A DNA stretch of 64,000 bases from the human T2T-CHM13v2.0 reference genome, Homo sapiens. Below the pieces are notes generated by a model that was not told where the DNA came from, searched no databases, and saw only the letters and a program-made list of their open reading frames with translations. This document shows positions 27,460-39,715 of this stretch, piece after piece. Each line of letters starts with the position of its first letter. The first letter of the stretch is position 1. The DNA is taken from the NCBI RefSeq assembly GCF_009914755.1, contig NC_060939.1; one strand, written 5' to 3'. Both the position numbers and the translations under genes were made by a program.

Positions 27460-28120
27460 GAGAGAAGCGTCTTAGAGCAGTAATCACAACCAAAATTTTG
27501 CGCACCAACAAAAGCCCATTGACGCTCAGACACCTCTGACTTTCCCCATTTCCTTCCCGATGGCACAAATGGAAGCTCTGATTTCCTCTTTCCTTTTCCT
27601 TCTGGCTGATGCATCCTGACAAATACAGTATGTAAAGCGCAGGGACGTGTGAAAGGAAAGTGTGGCGACGGTTGTTTTCCATCTCCCAATAATAGCGTTT
27701 CAATTTGGTACCTAAATAAACAATCTATTTTAGTGGCTCCCCTTTGATATCTCCAATGTTCCCTTCTGTTATTTCTGGCAGTTCCCAATCCTGTGATGTG
27801 ATTAGAGAGGATGATTACACTTACATAACAGCATCAAATTAATTTGCCGCCGAGAACAACAGCGGTAGGAAATCATTGGAGTTCTCAAATTGCTCCCCCC
27901 ACCCCCACCCGCCTCGAGTTTATTTAAGTGACATCAAGGGATTAGAGCGAAGTCGGTCAGTAGAGCACTGCTGGGAAAACAACCAAAACATCGACTCTGA
28001 CCTTGTAAACGAAAGAGGAACAGAGCAAATAATGAATAGCGCTGGTCCCAGGCCTGGTGCAGGGGCCATTGGATGAATCAGCCTCCCAAACACACATTTC
28101 CGTCTGTCTGCGGGAGAAAG
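27460..28120. promoter_or_regulatory. Candidate conserved enhancer (CpG-enriched, repeat-free)
   Basis: About 20 CpGs in 650 bp; ACATCAAGG overlapping GGATTA (27931-27944); palindrome CAAATTAATTTG (27835-27846); SOX-like AACAAT. Confidence 0.5.
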
Positions 28121-28599
28121 AAACAAACTGTACCTTTCAGTGCAGATTAGATCCATTTTCCTGGGGCTATGTCCAGCCATCCAGGGACTGTCAAAACCAA
28201 AGATATTTGAGATTTTGCTTATGTTTCTTTGCTTTGCTTTTTGGCCCCTTTTCAAAACAACAAGAAGAATGTAAAAGTTGACTTGAATTTTTTTACTCTG
28301 TGAGCCCTGAACAAAAGTCCAGAAAAATAAAGCAGAGGCAAATATTATTGCTTCTGGTTTTCTAAAAGATATGACAATAACAGCTCAGAAAACTGTAGCC
28401 CATGATTCCACCAAAGGTTAGAGGTTCAGAACAGGGAGCAGCACGTGGATGGCGTAGAAAAGGGACCCCTTTAAGTCCTACTCGCAGTTTAGTTCTGACA
28501 CGAACCTTCAACAGTTACTTCAACTCTCTGAGCCTTGGTTTTCTTACCCAAGATAGCAGATATTACCGTCTTTCATCTCTGTTACAGGGTGGGTGTTCA

Positions 28600-28745
28600 C
28601 CCATCCGTTCATTCTGTTAATCCATCCATTCAACAAGTATTTATCGAACACCAATTCTGTCTCAGGAACTCTGCTGGTAACTGGGAATACCAATGGACGT
28701 GGTCAGCCCTAGGAGCTTATGTCCTAGCGGAACAGGGAAATAAAA
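28600..28745 (-). mobile_element. L2 3' fragment
   Basis: catccattcaacaagtatttatcgaacacc...gccctaggagcttatgtcctag. Confidence 0.75.
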
Positions 28746-28789
28746 ACAGCCAGTGTGCTCTGAGGGCCTGCATGGGCAGGCACTGACCT

Positions 28790-28985
28790 CTCCACCCTTC
28801 ATCCCTTATCACATGTGAATTTCACAACCACCATGCATGCGTAGGTATCTCTGTCTATTTTACAGATGAGGAAATTGAGCCCAGATGTGTTAAATAACAC
28901 TACGCCAAATCACACTAGGAAGCAATGAGATTGAAATCCAAACCTAGGTTTTCAGAATATAAAGCCATGCTATATCCCTTTATAT
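28790..28985 (-). mobile_element. MIR
   Basis: attttacagatgaggaaattgagcccaga. Confidence 0.8.
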
Positions 28986-29109
28986 TTTTTGGAACCTGAC
29001 AAGCTCTGAAGCACTCTGCAAATACAAGGAACTACTTTAAGTGTGTTTGCACAAGCTGTTCATATACTAGACAGACATCACAAATGCATGAATTTCTATT
29101 GCTTTAGTC

Positions 29110-29300
29110 CAGTGATTACAGCACTTGATTCTTTTTAAAGCAAATCCACTTCTATTATCCCGTTTGATCCTTGTAACAGCATCACGATACATGTGGAGCA
29201 AGTATTATTACTCCCACTGGACAGATGAAGAGACCAACATTAAGCAACTGGCCAAGGCCCTTGACCCAGACCCGGAACACTGGTCCGTGGCTACTCACTT
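29110..29300 (-). mobile_element. MIR
   Basis: tttgatccttgtaacagc...tattattactcccactggacagatgaagagac. Confidence 0.65.
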
Positions 29301-30014
29301 GCTCTTCTTCCTCAACCTCCTCTCAATGAGTCTGAATAAGGATGATGTTTTCAATTTTGGCCTCAATAGAATTATGGTTACTTCCTATATTGTGTTAGTC
29401 TTTTGAGTCCTAATGGCATCCCTTTTTGGGTAGAAATCCATATTCACAATATAGCATGAGGTATTTTTATTTGTCTGCTTTGAAAATCATCGGCTGCTTT
29501 TCCACCTTGTGAGAACGTGTCACATTTTCCCATCATCTTTTGTTTACATCATTGTTTCACTACCATGGAGGTTTCGTTGTGCATTCTTCTCACTTAGCTC
29601 TTTTAGAAGACTGCTCTTAACACCAACATATGGGGTTTCCAAAGTTGGGATTACTCCAGTTAGATGAATTTGACCCTTTGTTCCAAACAAACTCTTGCTA
29701 ATTCCAGCTGTACTGTAGCATCCATATCATCTGAGTCTGCTTGTTCATACTTCTCTTACTTCATAAAATGGACATCAAAAAATTATTAGGGCTGTTTTAG
29801 TCTCATGGCTTAATTCCTTCCTAGTTCTTCTACCTGAAATGCTTGACCCCCAACTTTGACGCCCTTCCCTCATTCTTCAGGGACAACTCAACTTCCACAT
29901 CCTTGAGGATACATGTCCACAATACCTCTGCCAACATTGACATCCACCTCCTCTGAATTTCCAAATCCCATAGACTGTCAGAGGTTTGCTGCACAGGCAC
30001 ATTGGAGGAGCTCT

Positions 30015-30105
30015 GGTCCTAGTCCTTTCTTATACAGATGAGGAAACTAGGACCCAGAGAGGGCAAATGACTTTCCAGTTGGTGGCAAAGCTGGAAATAG
30101 GGCTC
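30015..30105 (-). mobile_element. MIR core
   Basis: tacagatgaggaaactaggacccagagagggcaaatgactt. Confidence 0.75.
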
Positions 30106-30265
30106 CATTCTCTTGCTTCTTGAAGCTAGCACTTCCCTTCGACTCCTTTCTCTTTCCTTCTAATGTCTGTGGAATGTGGGTTGTGTATGCTCAGTCTGGA
30201 ATGGATATCTCTCTTATTATCCCCGTAAACTCAGTGCACTTCTTGAAGATGAGAGCTGAGTCTTT

Positions 30266-30922
30266 TTTTTTTTTTATATATACTTTAAGTTTTAGGGCAC
30301 ATGTGCACAGTGTGCAGGTTTGTTACATATGTATACATGTGCCATGTTGGTGTGCTGCACCCATTAACTCGTCATTTAGCATTAGGTATATCTCCTAATG
30401 CTATCCCTCCCCCCTCCCCCCACCCCACAACAGGCCCCGGTGTGTGATGTTCCCCTTCCTGTGTCCATGTGTTCTCATTGTTCAATTCCCACCTATGAAT
30501 AAGAACATGTGGTGTTTGGTTTTTTGTCCTTGCTATAATTTGCTGAGAATGATGGTTTCCAGCTTCATCCATGTCCCTACAAAGGACATGAACTCATCCT
30601 TTTTTACGGCTGCATAGTATTCTATGGTGTATATGTGCCACATTTTCTTAATCCAGTCTATCATTGTCGGACATTTGGGTTGGTTCCAAGTCTTTGCTAT
30701 TGTGAATAGTGCCGCAATAAACATACGTGTGCATGTGTCTTTATAGCAGCATGATTTATAATCCTTTGGGTATATACCCAGTAATGGGATGGCTGGGTCA
30801 AATGGTATTTCTGGTTCTAGATCCCTGAGGAATCGCCACACCGACTTTCACAATGGTTGAACTAGTTTACAGTCCCACCAACAGTGTAAAAGTGTTCCTA
30901 TTTCTCCACATCCTCTCCAGCA
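30266..30922 (-). mobile_element. L1PA4-like 5'-truncated LINE-1 (ORF2 C-terminus + 3'UTR)
   Basis: Translates to ORF2p C-terminus (CWRGCGEIGTLLHCWWDCKLVQPL*...IPFDPAIPLLGIYPKDYKSCCYKDTCTRMFIAALF); perfect TSD gagagctgagtcttt (30251-30265 / 30923-30937). Confidence 0.97.
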
Positions 30923-31179
30923 GAGAGCTGAGTCTTTTTCATCTCTGAATCCCATAGCATTTTCCACAAACCCAACACATAGAAGCTGTTCAAGAAATGG
31001 TTGTGGGATACATGATTGTTCTTCATGGAAACGATCTGCCTTTTCACCTACAAGGTTGTTTGCTAACTCATCTCCTGTTTGTTCCCTCTCTTGTTCTTGC
31101 AGCAGTTTCTCTCCTCCATGCAAATCATGTCCACTCCATTCCATACCTCTGCAGAAAACTCTGACTTCGGCTTAACCTG

Positions 31180-31305
31180 CATTCATTCATTCACTCATTC
31201 ATTTATTCACTGAATATCTGCAAAGTGTCTGTGCTGTGCCAGGCACCGTCCTGGTACAGGGGATGTAGCAGTGAACAAAACGAAATCCTTGCCCTTGTGG
31301 GGCTT
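31180..31305 (-). mobile_element. L2 3' end
   Basis: cattcattcattcactcattc...tgtgccaggcac...agcagtgaacaaaac...cttgcccttgtggggctta. Confidence 0.8.
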
Positions 31306-32619
31306 ATCATCCCTCAATATCTCCACCTTCTCCTAAGTGACAGCTCCCAAACTGAGGGAAACCCAGGGTTTCACAAAAAAAGTTTCTGCAATGTTCATAT
31401 CATTAAAGGTGATAATAGCAGATATTTTAATTTCTACTTAAATAACTGGATGAATGTAGTGAATAATTACATATGGTTTTCATTTAAAAGAGCAGAGTTT
31501 GGCATCACCTACCTGTGCTCATGACTTCGTCACCCTCCACCATTGGGTGAGGAGCTGAATGTTACCAGTTATTGTGGCAACTGAATGACGAGGCAATTTA
31601 AAATGTTTATTTTTGGTTAATTGTTTAATTGATTAAGTTGTCTGATTCTTACCCACAGCGGGTTTTTGGTAATGACAAATAGTAGAAGAATTCTGAAGTA
31701 AAATTTGAAAAGTTTATAAAGACTGTGCATCTGATGATAACTTTATAAATATATGACAAAGTATTCTTCACTGGATTTCAGAATTGCATTTACCTGTCAC
31801 ATAACCCATTAAGATCTCTCCGTTAAGTTCAAAAATCAATGTTAATAATGGAAAGTTTGGTGTTGCTTATATCCAGTTTGGCTTTTAATTTTTTGTATAG
31901 ATGTGTTTACTAATAGCAGCCAGAAATCCTCTTTTATTTCACTAGAAATAAACAAAGAATAAAAATAAATCACATGTTTTTACCCAAAATGTAAGCTTTT
32001 CTAGCATTAGTTGTAAAGGCAGATTTTGTCTGTTTTTGACTACTTTTGATACTATGAGACACAGTTAAATTTCAACCTACAGTTCAATATTTATTTAGTT
32101 GCCAAACTAAGCACACTAATAGATGTCATTTTAATGTATGTTTCATAAATGGTCATTTCTTACATAATTAAAGTAAATTAAACCATGGGAATCACTTTTT
32201 AGATGGAACTCATTCAGAATTTATTATTATAATCCATGAATATTAGTAAATACTATATTCAATTAATTTTGTAATAAAATCTTTAATATACACTTATCTA
32301 AAATGACGCATACATTTTAAAACTTTAACTCATTTCATTTTGCATTACATGCAAAACCATTAGATGTTTAAAAAAATGTTCGAATAATATATATTACTAT
32401 GAAATGAGTGCATAAGTTTAGAAATGGCTGGGGAACGCTGTTCTAGACTCTTTATATCTGCCCTTGCCCTTACCATCTTTGCACCTTCTCTAAAACAACC
32501 GTCCTTCTCAGCACTGTTGATCATCTTTTCTCTCCCTTGCATCATCAGTCTTTCCTTTTCTACTTTCTTCTTTTCCTCAAATCCATAAACATTATCAGGT
32601 CTCTCTATTCTACACAGCC

Positions 32620-33025
32620 AGCCAACCAGCTATACACAGGTTCAGGAAAACTCCTTCCCAGTCCTGTCTTCCCCTCAAGCTGCCACCTTACACAGTCAAA
32701 CTTCTGCAAAGAGTATTTTTCTGCCATTTTCTCTGCCTCAGGGCCTTTGCACTAGCTGTTCTTCTGCCTAGAATGTTCTTCTCACAATTCTTTGTATCAC
32801 TGGCTAAGTCCTGCCATACAGGTTTCAGCTCCTGTAAGAGCTGACCAACCATGCTACAGTGCCCAAACAATCCGTCTTCTGATTCTGAGTATTTATTACT
32901 ATCTGACACTTTCCTTGTCCCAAAAACAGAGCACATCCCTGGATGTGACTCCAGGGTGTAAAATAGTGCCTGGCACATAGAAAGTGCCCATGCTTACTTG
33001 TTGAATAAAGGAACAGACAAGTAAA
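32620..33025 (+). mobile_element. L2 fragments
   Basis: gcctcagggcctttgcactagctgttcttctgcctagaatgttctt; atagtgcctggcacatag...ttgttgaataaa. Confidence 0.75.
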
Positions 33026-33543
33026 TGATGAACCCTTTCAGCCTCCCTTGCTGGTTTCTTCCCTCTCTCCCGACCCCCAAATGCTTGCTTTGTGCAGGAG
33101 TCTGCCTTTTAACCTCTTCCCTCCTTCCTTTTCACACTCTCACTGGGTTATCACAGCCACCCGTCACCCTCAGAATTCCAACATTCACCCACATGGAGAT
33201 GGCAAACACAGAGCACGGTACAGCCCAGCAATGCAGACATTGCTAGCAGATCTCTGCTCTCTTTTCAGGATAGTCTAGTGTGCATGGTGATCCAAGACAG
33301 GATCTTCCAATCAATGGGACCGGCACCTCTAGGTGAAGGCTATTTGCTTTCTTTGACCTATATGTCAATGACTTCCCAAATCTATGTTTGCAGCACTGGA
33401 ATTTTCAGACCCCTTTGTCAAACAGCCTTCTGGACACTTTCATTTGTTCACCTCTACCATCCAGCACAATGCCTGGCACAGGGTGAATGCTCAGTAATTC
33501 TCCATGCTACAATAAGCATGTATTCAGTGACACGACCCACTCA

Positions 33544-34075
33544 GATAGTCTCTACCAGCTTGCTAGGTATAAAAGGGAGGCTCACCTATTTGTGCTTCTC
33601 TTCTTTCAGAGTTGTGGTGGCAATTTGCCAGGTCTCGAGCACAGTACCCATTTGTAACAAGTTACACGTTTTGGCCAATAGTTCCACAATTTCACCCTTG
33701 AGTTCCTTCAAAACTCTTGGGTGGCTGCCATCAGTTCCGGTGATTTATTTACACCTAGGATGTCATTCTAGGACATCCTGTCCATTTGCCACAACTTGTT
33801 CCAAGGCTGGAGACCTCTCTGTTTTCAAATACAGTTGGGGAGTGGGAATTTTCCTCTTCACCTCCATGGTAACAGCTAATGCCAAGGATTTGCCACGACT
33901 CTCTCAACTAGTTTTTGCTCATTTTTAAAGTGGTGATGATCAAGTGAGTCCAACTGATATAATGGTCTCTCTCATTTTTTCCCTGCCATCGGTACATAAG
34001 AAAAGAATACTTTCTGATTGGCATAGAAATTCCCTGCAAAGTCATCCTCAAATTATCTCCTGAAGCACTGTGCCA
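33544..34075 (-). mobile_element. Ancient CR1/L3 LINE ORF2 fragment (region leading into the RT domain)
   Basis: Minus-strand translation with stops and frameshifts: R*FEDDFAGNFYANQKVFFSYV...IPTPQLYL...QDVLE...NKSP/GTDGSHPRVLKELKGEIVELLAKTCNL...TVLETWQIA...VSLPFIPSKLVETI, colinear with CR1 KSPGPDGIHPRVLKELK.EIAELL...VPEDW.IA...PVSLTSVPGKLVETI. Confidence 0.85.
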
Positions 34076-34179
34076 ACTAACTCTATAAAGTTCCAGCTGA
34101 TAACTCAGATGGATTCAAAAGCTTTCACACCCACCAGATCATTTAATCTGAATTAAGAATTCTGAAAGATTGATAAGAG

Positions 34180-34325
34180 AGGCCAGACAGTTACCATTTT
34201 ACAGACAAAGAAACTGAAGTCCAGAGTGATCCAGAGATCTGAATGCCACATAGCAAGTTAGCACCTGAGCTGAGGCTCAAACCGTTCTTCAGATTTACAA
34301 TCCAGTGGGTTTTCTCCTTGCTACA
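34180..34325 (-). mobile_element. MIR
   Basis: ccattttacagacaaagaaactgaagtccagag. Confidence 0.7.
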
Positions 34326-36123
34326 CCTTGATTCAGTTGAACTGCATCAACCTATTCTAATCCAATCAAATGCTGAATGAATAGTCATTAGGACAACTGG
34401 AAAGAACTAACTGACGTCAAAATGGTTGATTCAGTAGCCACATGCATCTATGGCCTCATGTAACAAAAATGCACTCTGCTAAGAAATATTCCCCAAGGAG
34501 AGCCTGAGAGAACACACTGAAGAGTCCTGCCTTACAGAGGCCAGCCTGGACTATGTTTGAGGGTGGACAACACAACACACATAAATACATACATAGCTTT
34601 GTGCATTTCAAGGCTTAAAAGTTCTTGTTGCTGGATTTTATCTTGAGATTAATTGAATTCTCACTATAGGATCCTCAACTGGAATCCAGGTTGAGGGGGA
34701 CATGGGGGCCAACTCTAGCAATGAATACATCATCAAACGGGGGGCAACTTTGAGTCAGTAGCAACCACAATTCCCACAAGAGAATAATGAGGAAGCTGAG
34801 TAGTTGGAAGGATTAAATACTGGCATTTCATTTTTAGGATCACATTTTGCGTGCAACCACAGCTCCAGACCTGAAAGACTGGCCGTCTCAGATTTGCCCA
34901 TACACATAGAGAAATCTGCCTCTAATGTAATCTGACATCGTCCCTACTCTCTGATTAACCACTTTTGGGTGGGCCTCAAAGAAGTGCGTGCCAAATGATG
35001 CCCTGTGGATCTCAGGAGCTGCCAGTTTCATTTTCCCTTCTACCTACTCTTTTCCCAAGTATTATCTTGCCAGTTGGGAAGATATGATGGAATGGAAAGA
35101 AATATTTAACCATCTTTGATACAAAGATAGGAGGGGGAAATATGATTTGCTATCCTATTTTCCCCCATTGAGGAGATAAAAAGTACTTTGTTAGATTTAA
35201 TTTCTTTGGTACAAAGATTAGTCTGAGAGTATTTTGAACTTGTCAGTCATTCAACTCAGTATTTTAAATTTTTTAAAAGCATAACCTTGAAGTATATGTG
35301 GGCTTTTTTTAATAGTTTTAAATTTGAAGCCCCTGAATATTTTATAAAAAGTTCAATTTGTATGTGTGTTTTTTTAAAAGGTTTTAATTTACTTCATTAG
35401 AAGCTCTCTGAGCTTTAAAATATTTTTTTTTTCAATGTTTCTGAGCCTTCCTTTGGAAGAATAAAATGCTCTTCTAAGAAATGTCAATTGATCGTTGGGG
35501 TGGAGGAACTGTGCAGAGGATGAATGTGGGCTAAACATTCTCTGGCACCTAGTTGATCTCTCTTCCACATGAAGCGTATTTGCTAACGAAGGGAGCATTG
35601 GTATGGGACCGAAGAAAGGATTCCCTTAGTCTGTTAATTTACTTGGAATAATTCATTAGCTGACACTTTTAGCTATGAATTTAGCTGGTAAATCCCAGAT
35701 CACCCCAATATTATGTGTAAAGAGGATAGTTCAGTCTTTTTGTGAGAACTTTGGGAGGATGGATTAAAGCCCTTTCTCCCATAGTTACCCTGACATAAGG
35801 AAGCTTGTTAATAAAGAGCTCTTTGGATCCTTTCCTTTGTACAGGCACCGTATGAATATTTATGGAATATTTCATCTGTAAACAGCATTAAAATATAAAC
35901 AGAGCATACCAAGAAATAGGAAGGCCATTTTCACCTAATGCATAGCAGTGCTGTGAAAATGCTAGGGTTCCATTCCTGGTTATCAGCTAAGGAACAGCAA
36001 AGAAGGAAAAAGTTATTTGTTTAACAAATCAGGGGGCAGCAAGTCGTGTGATCCAGTGGAGCTTTGGTATTCTTGTTAATCAAGTCTTCTGGGTAATTGA
36101 ATGACGATGCATGTCTATACATG

Positions 36124-36162
36124 CAGACAGACACACACACACACACACACAGACACACATAC
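36124..36162. repeat. (CA)n microsatellite
   Basis: Directly visible. Confidence 0.95.
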
Positions 36163-37810
36163 AGGTGCCTGATATTTGTAACCACTGTGACTGGTCATAT
36201 GAGATTGTTGCTTTTGTAGATAAAAAGTGGTCAAATATCAGAGTTTTTGTATGACGCTGCCTAATTAGTGCCACCCTAAGTTTCTGGCCCTTCTCCTTTT
36301 GGGCACAGGGAGGGGTGGGAATATGAAATTGCTGTTCACACGTGGGCTCCTACTAGCAAGATGAGCAGGAAAGGGAGGAGAGGGAGGAGTTGAATGAAAC
36401 CTTCACAGAGACCAACTTCTGCAGATTCCATGGGCGACATTGCCTCTTCGAAGCAGCAGGATGGAGGACGTGGGGGTGCCACCCAGCCTGTACACCAAAG
36501 ACACTTCCCACTCACCAGTTGTGGCTGTGTGCTCTTGATTGCAAACCTCTGGTACCCATCACAGATGTATTATCAATTTTCAAAGGGATTCGTATACAAT
36601 AAAATACACTCAACAAGAAAACCACCCAGAACGCAATGAATCATTCTTTGATGATTCAGAAGGCACTTTAGGATCCTGTAGTGCCTTAGGGGCAGCATTA
36701 CAAACATCAATTATCTTATGGTAAATGTGTAGAACAGCTAGTTCACAAGTTAAGAAAGAGCTGGGCAACTCTCTTTTATGATATGTTTTTTTAAAAAATT
36801 ATGTTTTATCCCAGGCCTTTTCTACTTTCAAGCTCTTGCCCAGAATGTTGCTTCTATTTTTGCAAAAATGGCTCACTTACCAGCTTGGAGAAGTACCTCT
36901 CCTATGGTGTGCCTGAGTAAGTAAAACTGAAGTTGTCTCATTTTCCTATGAGCCATTTCTGGGGGTAGACTTCTGTCCTGTCCTTCTCCCCTAACCATTT
37001 AGGTATGCCTCTAATTAAATTCAAAACACTATATGAGAATTTTGGTCTGACAAAGATGACAAATATTTGTTTAGAAAGCTCAGTCAGGTGGCACACTTAT
37101 GCACGGTTCAGTTTCAAATGTTCCTTAAAACCAGGAGGGTGTGTGATTCTATTGAATTCAGGCCAATTGCAAGCTAAGTTTCTCCCTCTTTGCAAACTAC
37201 AGTAGTTGGTAATGAAAAAAAAAAAGTCTAGTCCTTGGAAATCAAGTTCTTGAGCACTTTTGAAAACAGACTAATCCAAAACATCTGCAAGAATTTTATC
37301 TTTAAAAACCCAGGTGTCTAAAACATAAGGGGAAAAATATACAAATGAGACTTTGTCAACCAAGTTTTTGAAAAACAGGTTTCTAGCAGAAAAAGAAGCA
37401 TCTAGAATAAAATGCAGCTGGCTTTATGAATCTTTATTTTCCATGGTGATTCTTCCTTTTTGGTCTTCAACAAAGAATGGAATTTCTAGGTGAGTCTTGT
37501 CAGATTTTCCAAAAGTACTATTAAACTAAAACGAGGGGATTCCAGGCAAGATAACATCTCTGGGAGGCTCAACTCTGGCTTGAATTTATTAAAAACTTCT
37601 GGTTCTTAATTTAAATTTTAATGGTGGTAGACCCAAAGCAGCCAGACACGAAGGTTATGGTATCAGATGTGAATAACTGAAGACAGATGTGCTGTATTTC
37701 TATCAAACCAGAGGCCTGGGCCTTGCCCCATCTATGGTGAAAGGTCACCAGAATTCAGAGAAAGGAGGACATATTACAGCCAACTGTGTGCCTTTAAAGA
37801 AGTGCATGAA

Positions 37811-37861
37811 ACACACACAGTACACACACACACACCCACGCACACACACACCACACACACA
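37811..37861. repeat. Imperfect (CA)n
   Basis: Directly visible. Confidence 0.9.
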
Positions 37862-38340
37862 GGGAATAAAGGAGCATCTCCAGGTTGCTTATACACATAT
37901 TTACTCCTACTATTACAAGGTGAGCCTACACATGATCTAAAGAAATGTCATTTTACTTGAAGCTACTGTGGCTTTGTAGCTACATTTTCTTACAAGTTCA
38001 ATATCATCTAACCGCTACCCTAAAATTATGTCTGCAAGGGGGACTATTGGTATTTCGTAAACTGCTGCTGCTTCTCCTCTTTCTCTGTTAGACATGGTCT
38101 AATGGGTTTAGAAAATGACATTCAAGATGCTGCTTTGCCAATTAGAACTTCCGCTACCTGATTCTTGAAGGACATAGCACGCCTAATTGTGTGCTCAGAC
38201 ATTTTATTAAGTTGTTTTGAGTGCTGAAAGTCTTTTAACCTTCATATAGACCCATATTCATAAACAAAAATGTTTTCAGGGAAAAAATAACAGGGAAAAA
38301 GGCATTTAATTACAAATAAAAGTACTGTTTCCAATATGCA

Positions 38341-38344
<4 letters not shown>

Positions 38345-38377
<33 letters not shown>
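38345..38377. repeat. T33 homopolymer
   Basis: Directly visible; no adjacent Alu or L1 body. Confidence 0.95.
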
Positions 38378-38381
<4 letters not shown>

Positions 38382-39063
38382 CAACCTACCAAAGCAAAGG
38401 CAGGCTGCAGATGGTGAAAACTGAGTTGGGAAAACTGCACAGATATTTTCCCAAAACGTTCTCAGCGATGCTGCAAATGCCATTCTGGGTAGCCGAGAGG
38501 AAAAGACAGCAAGCGTCATCTTGCCAGGGGCAGAACCTATTCCCAAGCCACTTTGAGAGCAGGAGTTGAACAAATATGATTTAGATGTTTCCCCCGCCCT
38601 GGAAACATGGTCTTGGGTTAACCGGTCCTTGGACAAATTTAAGAACAGTGTCTCCTACCAGGGAAATTATCTCATGCAAGAAAAAAAGTTCCCTTAAGCA
38701 TCAAATTATTTTTCCGTAACTTTCTTTTAGAAAGTTTCCTTTTCAAAGTTTAGGAGGTTACACAGCATGTTAAACTCTTGACGAGATCTAAGGCAGAGGA
38801 GCGAGGAGGTTCGCTGCTGCCAGCCTTCCAAGAGAACCCAGTCATTAAGGAGCCCCAACTGTCACCAATCATACGGATCCCCATGTGGGACACACTTTAG
38901 CATGAACACAACCTTGCCTCGGAAAGCATACGTGGGAAAATATGCCAGGGGGGTAGCTCCCCAATTCTCCTGCCCAAAGATGTTTGCCATAGACTACGCT
39001 GACTGGCCCATTCAGGAGCCCCTCGGGTTTCCGCTGGACCTACCCTTCTGATTTGAGATCATC

Positions 39064-39193
39064 CACGTGTTTTCCCACCTCCGGAGGCTTTTATTTTCTG
39101 CTTCCTCCCTTCTTAGTACAGTGCCAATCACTGCTCTCCCCCGCCGCCCCCCTCCCCAAAGGCTCTCTGAGGCTGCTCCCTTTGTGATTGGCA
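39064..39193. promoter_or_regulatory. Promoter-like module: E-box, inverted CCAAT pair, GC box
   Basis: CACGTG 39064; TGCCAATCAC 39122-39131 and its exact reverse complement GTGATTGGCA 39184-39193 flank CCCCGCCGCCCCCTCCCC. Confidence 0.4.
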
Positions 39194-39519
39194 TCTCATT
39201 AATGAAGAAGGGCTGGTGTCTCTCATTACAGTTAGAGTGAGTGAGAGGACCTCAGAACTAATTTACTTGCTCTCACTAGGGAAGACACTTGCCTCCATCA
39301 AGAACTTCACTTTCCTGCTGCCTGTGGCAATAAAAGAACCCGTTTTGTTTTAACATTAATAAGGTGAGAGAATAGAGAATTTCCAAAAGAAATTAAGGAA
39401 GGCAAGAGGGTAGGTGTTGGCCCATGGAAGTTTCCCTAAAGCAGGTCTGATGGCGGAGTTCAGTGAGAGGCCTTTGATGCGGCAACATCTGGACCACATG
39501 AAAAAAAGCCTAGCAGGCA

Positions 39520-39715
39520 AATGAGAGACTGGCCAAGCAGAGAGGCTGGGGTGGGAAGCGGGGGGTATGGGTTCTAATCCTGGGTCCTAAGTCCCTGAGT
39601 GACCTTGGGCGAGTCTTTGATTTTTCTCTGGTCCTCAATTTTACTATCAGTAAAATAAAGGAATGGAATAAAATGGTCTTTTAGGGTTCTCTCAGCTCGA
39701 AAATTTTAATATTCT
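39520..39715 (+). mobile_element. MIR3/MIRc
   Basis: gggttctaatcctggg...gtgaccttgggcgagtc...ctcaattttactatcagtaaaat. Confidence 0.7.

Noticed and set aside
29470-29760. Minus-strand peptide-like fragments (EKYEQADSDDMDATVQLELARVCLEQ)
   Set aside because: Short, interrupted by stops, and no family recognised
30533-31144. ORFs with real protein similarity
   Set aside because: LINE-1 ORF2 remnant with a premature stop, not a host gene
33278-33928. 216-aa plus-strand ORF
   Set aside because: Spans L2-like sequence and the antisense of the CR1 fragment; GTG start
36026-36041. CTCF-like AGGGGGCAGC
   Set aside because: The 5' half of the core (CC) is missing
37481-37495. AG|GTGAGT recursive-splice-like junction
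   Set aside because: Polypyrimidine tract too short
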